The notes under the pieces are model-generated. The model worked only from the letters and a program-made list of their open reading frames with translations. It made no database searches and was not told where the DNA came from. DNA of 32,000 bases from Wolbachia endosymbiont of Cimex lectularius (lineage in GTDB: Bacteria > Pseudomonadota > Alphaproteobacteria > Rickettsiales > Anaplasmataceae). The stretch spans positions 300,001 to 332,000 of the forward strand of contig NZ_AP013028.1 in NCBI RefSeq assembly GCF_000829315.1. Reading direction: 5' to 3'. A program made the position numbers and the translations under genes. Position 1 is the first letter of the stretch, and every line of letters starts with the position of its first letter. Shown one piece after another: positions 26,966 to 32,000 of this stretch.

Positions 26966-27378
26966 ATAGAAACAAAAAAAATTACTTGACAAATCTCACC
27001 AATCCCATTATCATAAGGTTGAAGCTATTTGTTTAACTTCTCAATCTGTGCAGGTTAAAATGACAAGAAAACTTTCAAGGTTTTTACCTAATATAAGCTA
27101 AAACGCGCTTGTTAAAACGTTTAAGACAATAAAAAACGCCAATTTAAAAGATAGATAGTGAATAACTAGCTAACGGGGTTTCTTTTGCCTTTTGTCTGTT
27201 TAGTAAATTTCTTAACGTTTAAAATTAGATCAGTTGTGGTTTAAAAGCAGCCAGATTAGACGTTTAGAATAAAAAAACGCCAATTTATAAAGTTAATATA
27301 AATAATTAGCCACCAACGGGGTTTCTTTTGCTTTTTTTCTCGCTTGATAAATTTCTTAAATATTAAAGCAATTCATGA
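26966..27378 (+). repeat. Promoter-bearing intergenic cassette, copy F (duplicated 3' module)
   Basis: ATAGAAACAAAAAAAATTAC, -35 TTGACA (26986-26991), 17-nt spacer, -10 TATCAT (27009-27014). Two ACGCCAATTT...GGGGTTTCTTTTGC modules about 141 bp apart (27136- and 27277-), the second followed by T7 (27332-27338) and the conserved tail. Confidence 0.78.
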
Positions 27379-27379
27379 A

Positions 27380-27570
27380 CAAACATTTGTTGTAAAAACA
27401 AATGTTATCATTCCAGCGCGTGACGCTGGAATCTAGAAATTTTATTAGGTTGGTGAGCATAAAAGTAGCCGTTTTACGTTAAAACACAACATTTTAATTA
27501 TTATGAAAAACTGGATCCCAGTATCAAGTACTGGAATGACAAGAAAAGGAGACTCTGGGATGACAGGAGG
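27380..27570. repeat. MITE-like hairpin-ended repeat (R3), diverged relative of the R1/R2 core in opposite orientation
   Basis: 9-bp hairpin AACATTTGT/ACAAATGTT (27381-27406). End hairpins ATTCCAGCG-cgtga-CGCTGGAAT and CCCAGTA...TACTGGAATGAC. The reverse complement of the internal segment at about 27436-27520 aligns with the 110-bp core but is diverged. Confidence 0.65.
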
Positions 27571-27730
27571 GGACCACTTTCATGTTACCGTCATAAAGTG
27601 AAATAAGATCCAAGATTTTGTATTAAAAAAATACTTCCCTTTTTCTGGAACACTTTGTATAATGAATTTAGTATTGCATTGCAAATTACTTAAAGTAGAA
27701 CTTTTGGTACTAAATCTACAAGTGGGCTTT

Positions 27731-28264
27731 ATGAATAAAAAATTTTTTTGTTCATCATTATCAATAAAAAGTATAGAGGAAAACGGCGTATTTTCTGGTT
27801 ATGTGAGCGTTTTTAACGTAGTTGATAAACAGAATGATCTGATCTTACCTGGGGCATTTAAAGAAAACTTGAATAAAGATAAAACAACACTTCTCTGGCA
27901 GCACAACCCGAGCGAGCCTATAGGTTATATTATAGATATTCATGAAAATGATGTTGGCCTGTATATAACTGCACATTTACTTTTGGGTATCCAAAAGGCA
28001 GAAGAAGTTTACTTAATGCTCAAGACTGGAGTAATCAACGGACTTTCAATTGGCTATATACCTATAGAGTATGACATTGATCATGAAAGTGAAGCTCGGG
28101 TATTGAGACAAGTGGAATTATGGGAAGTCAGTTTGGTTACTTTTCCTGCAAATTTAGCTGCTCAGGTAGTTAATGTAAAAAGTCAGGATAACGAGCAGAA
28201 GGTGTTGATAAGAGCAATAAAAAAGGCAAGAGATGCGCTTACAGGAACATATATTTCTACTTAA
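27731..28264 (+). CDS. HK97-family phage prohead protease (S78), orphan
   Basis: GYVSVFNVVDKQNDLILPGAF...LLWQHNPSEPIG...GLSIGY...EVSLVTFPAN. Start taken at ATG 27731 (MNKKFF) rather than the upstream 27662. Confidence 0.85.
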   Translation: MNKKFFCSSLSIKSIEENGVFSGYVSVFNVVDKQNDLILPGAFKENLNKDKTTLLWQHNPSEPIGYIIDIHENDVGLYITAHLLLGIQKAEEVYLMLKTGVINGLSIGYIPIEYDIDHESEARVLRQVELWEVSLVTFPANLAAQVVNVKSQDNEQKVLIRAIKKARDALTGTYIST

Positions 28265-28470
28265 AGCTTATTGCAAGCAAGGGCTTTATTGTAAATAGTA
28301 AATACTTACTTAACATTAAAAACGTTCAGGTTAGATTTGACATTAGCATTAATGCTTATTTAATATTTACACCAATATATATAGTTTTGTTACTATTTCC
28401 AATGATCGTTAATAAAATTTGACTCTCAGCTTGGGAAAAGTTTTAAAAGTTTAAAAGATAAGGTAGTTTT

Positions 28471-30852
28471 ATGCTCAATGCTAACAATGAAATTAATGTT
28501 AAGAAGGAAGAAAGAAAACACAGTTGGTCCACCGTGTTTGCTTGGTTATACCTAAAAACGATTGGACGAATATTGCCCAAAAGATGGAACAGATGGGCAG
28601 AAAATATTTTGTACTACGATAAAACTACTGCAAATAATGAAGTTCAAACTGATGCTTTTAAGACAGTAGATGAAAGTGTTCAAGTTGACTTAAAACCCGA
28701 AATTACAGAGAAAGAGAGCCAAAATGTAGTGATAAGCAAAGATGGAGGGGTTCAGACTGATGAAGTAGCATTTCAAGATACGGCAATGCAAACCGAATGC
28801 GTTGAAAAAATAGACAAAAACATTGAAGCTGACTTAAAACCTGAAGTTGCAGAAAAAGATGGTGAGATAACAAGTGAAGATGAAGGAATTTACTCTGAAG
28901 TAAGTGGTGGACCTACCGATGAAGACTGCTTTGATATTGAAGATGAAGGCAAATTGGCTTGGGACAATTACTATAAAGTGTACAGAGAAGATGATGAAGC
29001 ATTGCAATTGGATGATATGAGTCAGGAACTAGAACTTGAATGTTCACGCAATGCCCTCTTACAAAAGATAAATGAAGATTTAGAGTCTAAACTTGCAACA
29101 AGTAATGAAGGCTTGGTAAAAGCTATAGAAACGACAGCGCACCTGGAAGGAAAACTAACTACAATATTAGAGGAAGATAAGCAATTAAAATTGCAACTTG
29201 CAGAATATAAAAAGGATTACACAGAACTGAAAAATGTTTCAGATCAAATAGAAAAAGAGCTCTCGGTTGAGTTAGAGGAAAAGAAAAATGAAGTAGAGGA
29301 AAATTTAGTAGAGATGAGAAAAAAAGATGAAAAAATAAGTAGATTAACACGATTAAATAAAGCATTAGAACAAGATAAAAAAGCAATGCAGGATAAAGTT
29401 GATGAACAACAGCAAACTATATCTGAATTTAAATCATTTACTGATAAAAATGAGGCTGTTGAGAGGGATAATGAGAGCCTACGAATGCAAATCATGGGGC
29501 TTGAGAGTAAAGTTAGTGGGTTAGAAGGCAAAATTAGTAACTTAGGTTGTGAAAAAGGAGCTCTACAATCGAATGTAAATACATTGACTGCTCAATTGCA
29601 AAGTGTTCAAGAATCTAAACAACAACTGGAGGAAGAAAAGAGTAATATCGAGCAACAAAAACAAGCGGAGTTAGAGCAGACTATATGCAAGAATGCTAAA
29701 TTAGAAAGTAAAGTAAGTGAATTGCAAAAAGAAAAAGCCCAGTTTGAAGAGCAGTTAAAAGCTATGGAAGAAGAACGCAAAGCGCACAAGGAAAATCAGC
29801 ATGAGTTAGAAAGTCGATTAAAAAATTTAGGAAGTCAATTAAGTACAGCAACAAACAAGGAAAAGAACTTAGAAAATGATGTTGCTGAATTACAAAAGCA
29901 AGCGCAAGCTTTAGAAGGAAATAAAGAATGGGAGTTAGCTGGAATAGATAGTACCTTAAAGGAAACTTTTTTAACCATCATGGAATTGTTAGTGCAGCAA
30001 CTACTACTAAATAATCAAGAGCAATCTGTAAAAGAAAAAAAGTTAGAGGAGTTAACTTTGTCCTATAGTGATCAAGTACATCAGATTGCAGGCTTACAAG
30101 CAGAAAATCTCTCGTTAGAAGTGAAGAATGGAAAATTGCTATCTGTGATTGAACGATCTATAACAGAGGAAGCTGAAGTGAAGAAAATGGATGAAAAAGT
30201 AAGGCAAAATCAACATAAATTAATCGATCAAATAAAAAAATTGGAAGAAGCATTGAAAGAAAAAGACGCTCAGTACAAAGAGCAATTAAATGAAAATCAA
30301 CATGCATTAGGGAACTTAGAATATAAATTAGAGAGCTTAGAAAGTCAAAGCACTACGGCAAAAATGCAACAACGGAAAGATAGCTCCCACCAAGCGAATA
30401 TGAAATCAATGGCCAAAAGTGAAGCTGATTTATTTCAAAAAAATAAAGGAAGATTGGATAAACAGTTACAAAAAACAAAAAAAGAACCAGTTGAGCAGCC
30501 AAATGAAAAACTTACACCCAATGCTTTCATGAGTTGCACTAGCAGTACTACAAGATTAAAGAATAATTTGACTACTGAGAAAAAAGCAAGTGTTGTTAAG
30601 AAGCATATAAATAATCTATGTAATGAAAAATTTGTGCAGTCCTATACAAATTCTTTACCTGAAGATGCTCTGGAAAAGTCAATAAAAACTAAAGCAAAAT
30701 CCTTAGACTCAAGTAATGTTCAAAAACTGGCAAAAAATATAAGCAATGAATTTACGTTACCAAAAAATACAAACAGCATACCTAACTCTTTTCTGAGCCG
30801 CACTAGCAGCACCGCAAGCATAAACTCATTGAACGTTAGAGTAGGTTCTTAG
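28471..30852 (+). CDS. Hypothetical 793-aa coiled-coil protein (candidate secreted effector or structural protein)
   Basis: Long ORF. N-terminal hydrophobic patch WSTVFAWLYLKTIG, a duplicated acidic DLKPE(I/V)xEK(E/D) unit, about 450 aa of heptad-rich E/K/Q/L sequence, and Ser/Thr-rich C-terminal repeats. Confidence 0.75.
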   Translation: MLNANNEINVKKEERKHSWSTVFAWLYLKTIGRILPKRWNRWAENILYYDKTTANNEVQTDAFKTVDESVQVDLKPEITEKESQNVVISKDGGVQTDEVAFQDTAMQTECVEKIDKNIEADLKPEVAEKDGEITSEDEGIYSEVSGGPTDEDCFDIEDEGKLAWDNYYKVYREDDEALQLDDMSQELELECSRNALLQKINEDLESKLATSNEGLVKAIETTAHLEGKLTTILEEDKQLKLQLAEYKKDYTELKNVSDQIEKELSVELEEKKNEVEENLVEMRKKDEKISRLTRLNKALEQDKKAMQDKVDEQQQTISEFKSFTDKNEAVERDNESLRMQIMGLESKVSGLEGKISNLGCEKGALQSNVNTLTAQLQSVQESKQQLEEEKSNIEQQKQAELEQTICKNAKLESKVSELQKEKAQFEEQLKAMEEERKAHKENQHELESRLKNLGSQLSTATNKEKNLENDVAELQKQAQALEGNKEWELAGIDSTLKETFLTIMELLVQQLLLNNQEQSVKEKKLEELTLSYSDQVHQIAGLQAENLSLEVKNGKLLSVIERSITEEAEVKKMDEKVRQNQHKLIDQIKKLEEALKEKDAQYKEQLNENQHALGNLEYKLESLESQSTTAKMQQRKDSSHQANMKSMAKSEADLFQKNKGRLDKQLQKTKKEPVEQPNEKLTPNAFMSCTSSTTRLKNNLTTEKKASVVKKHINNLCNEKFVQSYTNSLPEDALEKSIKTKAKSLDSSNVQKLAKNISNEFTLPKNTNSIPNSFLSRTSSTASINSLNVRVGS

Positions 30853-32000
30853 CATAAAGTAACAACTCCTCTTTCGTTAAGGAATAGGAGTTATCTCCCC
30901 AATGTTGCTTTAACAACTCTAAACTTCTACCTAAACTTTTCCCCGACTGATAACCTATATTTATCAAATCATCGCCAGATAAAGGAAATTTCGGGATATC
31001 GAACACCTTAGCAAATGAGATGTATTCATCAACATTTGTTCCAGACTCAACACCACAGATTTTGACCAAATCACAATATAATTCCCTACCAAACAAGGAT
31101 ATGTATTTTTCTTGCTCCTTTTCTGAAAGCTCTGTTTTGATATCATTGGACAGTAAAAATAGCAGCTTTTTCCTTTGCTTGTTTGAAAGGCGTAAAAACT
31201 TGCTTATGTATTCTCCAAGGTTTTGCCTGTCTTCGGTAGTTTTAAGGAGCAACGCTAATTTTATTATCGCATCAGTACCAAAAAGAAGCGGTGAGGACAG
31301 AATTTTGCATTTTACTTCTTTTGGAATAATTTTTTGCAAAACATCAGATTTTTGCATGCTCTTAAGCGTTGGAGCGGGGTCATCACACTCTAGCAATTTA
31401 AACATTTCGTCTCTTATTCTCTCTCCAGAGAGGTTTTGGATCATGTGCGAATGCTTTTTGCATACGTCCAATATTTCATCACTCAAATTTCCAACGCATA
31501 TTTTTGCGTGAAAACGAAACACTCTTAAAATACGTAGATAGTCTTCCTTAATTCTATCTTCAGCATTACCTATAAAGTTTAACCTTCGCGCTTTTAAGTC
31601 CTGAGTACCACCAAAGTAGTCATATATATGGCCGTACTTGTCTGCATATAGGGCGTTAAACGTGAAGTCGCGCCTTGAAGCATCAGCTTGCCAATTGTTG
31701 GTAAACTCCACTTTCGCATGTCTACCGTCGCATTGAGTATCATACCTTAGCGTTGTGATCTCAAAAGATCTTTGGTTTAAAACTGCAGTGATAGTTCCAT
31801 GCTTTAAGCCAGTTGGAATAGTTTTTATATTGCGAAGTTTGAGCGCTTCAATCGCTTGATTAGGCAGTAGATTGGTAGCAAGGTCAATGTCGTGAATGTC
31901 ACACTGCAGAATCGAGTCCCTTACACACCCACCGACAAGCCTTGCCTCACTACCAAACTTCTCTATGGCATCAATGATTAAACTAGTTTCATGGTCAACT
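30836..32000 (-). CDS. cca: tRNA nucleotidyltransferase / poly(A) polymerase family (CCA-adding enzyme), N-terminus beyond window
   Basis: The reading frame continues upstream of the tracked GVG-start ORF: ...RLVGGCVRDSIL...DIDLAT...GLKHGT...RRDFTFNALY, the class II nucleotidyltransferase motifs. Open to the window edge. Converges on the 793-aa ORF with a 17-nt overlap. Confidence 0.85.
   Translation of the reverse strand, partial: VDHETSLIIDAIEKFGSEARLVGGCVRDSILQCDIHDIDLATNLLPNQAIEALKLRNIKTIPTGLKHGTITAVLNQRSFEITTLRYDTQCDGRHAKVEFTNNWQADASRRDFTFNALYADKYGHIYDYFGGTQDLKARRLNFIGNAEDRIKEDYLRILRVFRFHAKICVGNLSDEILDVCKKHSHMIQNLSGERIRDEMFKLLECDDPAPTLKSMQKSDVLQKIIPKEVKCKILSSPLLFGTDAIIKLALLLKTTEDRQNLGEYISKFLRLSNKQRKKLLFLLSNDIKTELSEKEQEKYISLFGRELYCDLVKICGVESGTNVDEYISFAKVFDIPKFPLSGDDLINIGYQSGKSLGRSLELLKQHWGDNSYSLTKEELLLYAKNLL

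Overview
AT-rich chromosome segment from an alphaproteobacterial endosymbiont. Gene content, gene order and repeat load fit Wolbachia (Anaplasmataceae) best; this is inferred from protein sequences and repeat types, not from a search. About 25 mostly housekeeping genes are present: typA, mrp, a ubiH-family gene, smr, rlmB, a BI-1/YccA gene, ctaG, a comF-like gene, murE, metC, bolA, dnaK, rne/rng, rpmG, purB, a DUF721 gene, rpmB, lipA, a dacA-like gene and a cca/pcnB-like gene. There is one tRNA(CAU). Accessory content sits between these genes. It comprises two inverted copies of an IS5-family element (one visibly decayed), an Rpn-type PD-(D/E)XK putative transposase with an in-frame 12-bp VNTR, several hairpin-ended MITE-like repeats, an orphan HK97-type prohead protease, and two large lineage-specific ORFs (619 aa with a collagen-like G-X-Y run; 793 aa coiled-coil). 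The most unusual signal is a six-copy modular family of intergenic cassettes. Each cassette opens with A-run + TTGACA-N17-TATAAT-like (spacing exactly 17 in all six) and closes with ACGCCAA...GGGTTTCTTTTGC + T7-9 and a conserved tail. These look like a dispersed family of promoter-driven small-RNA or mobile-promoter units. Three homopolymer-A lesions or recoding sites are visible: purB A8, IS orfA/orfB A8, and IS copy 2 A9. No CRISPR array, rRNA or reverse transcriptase was seen.
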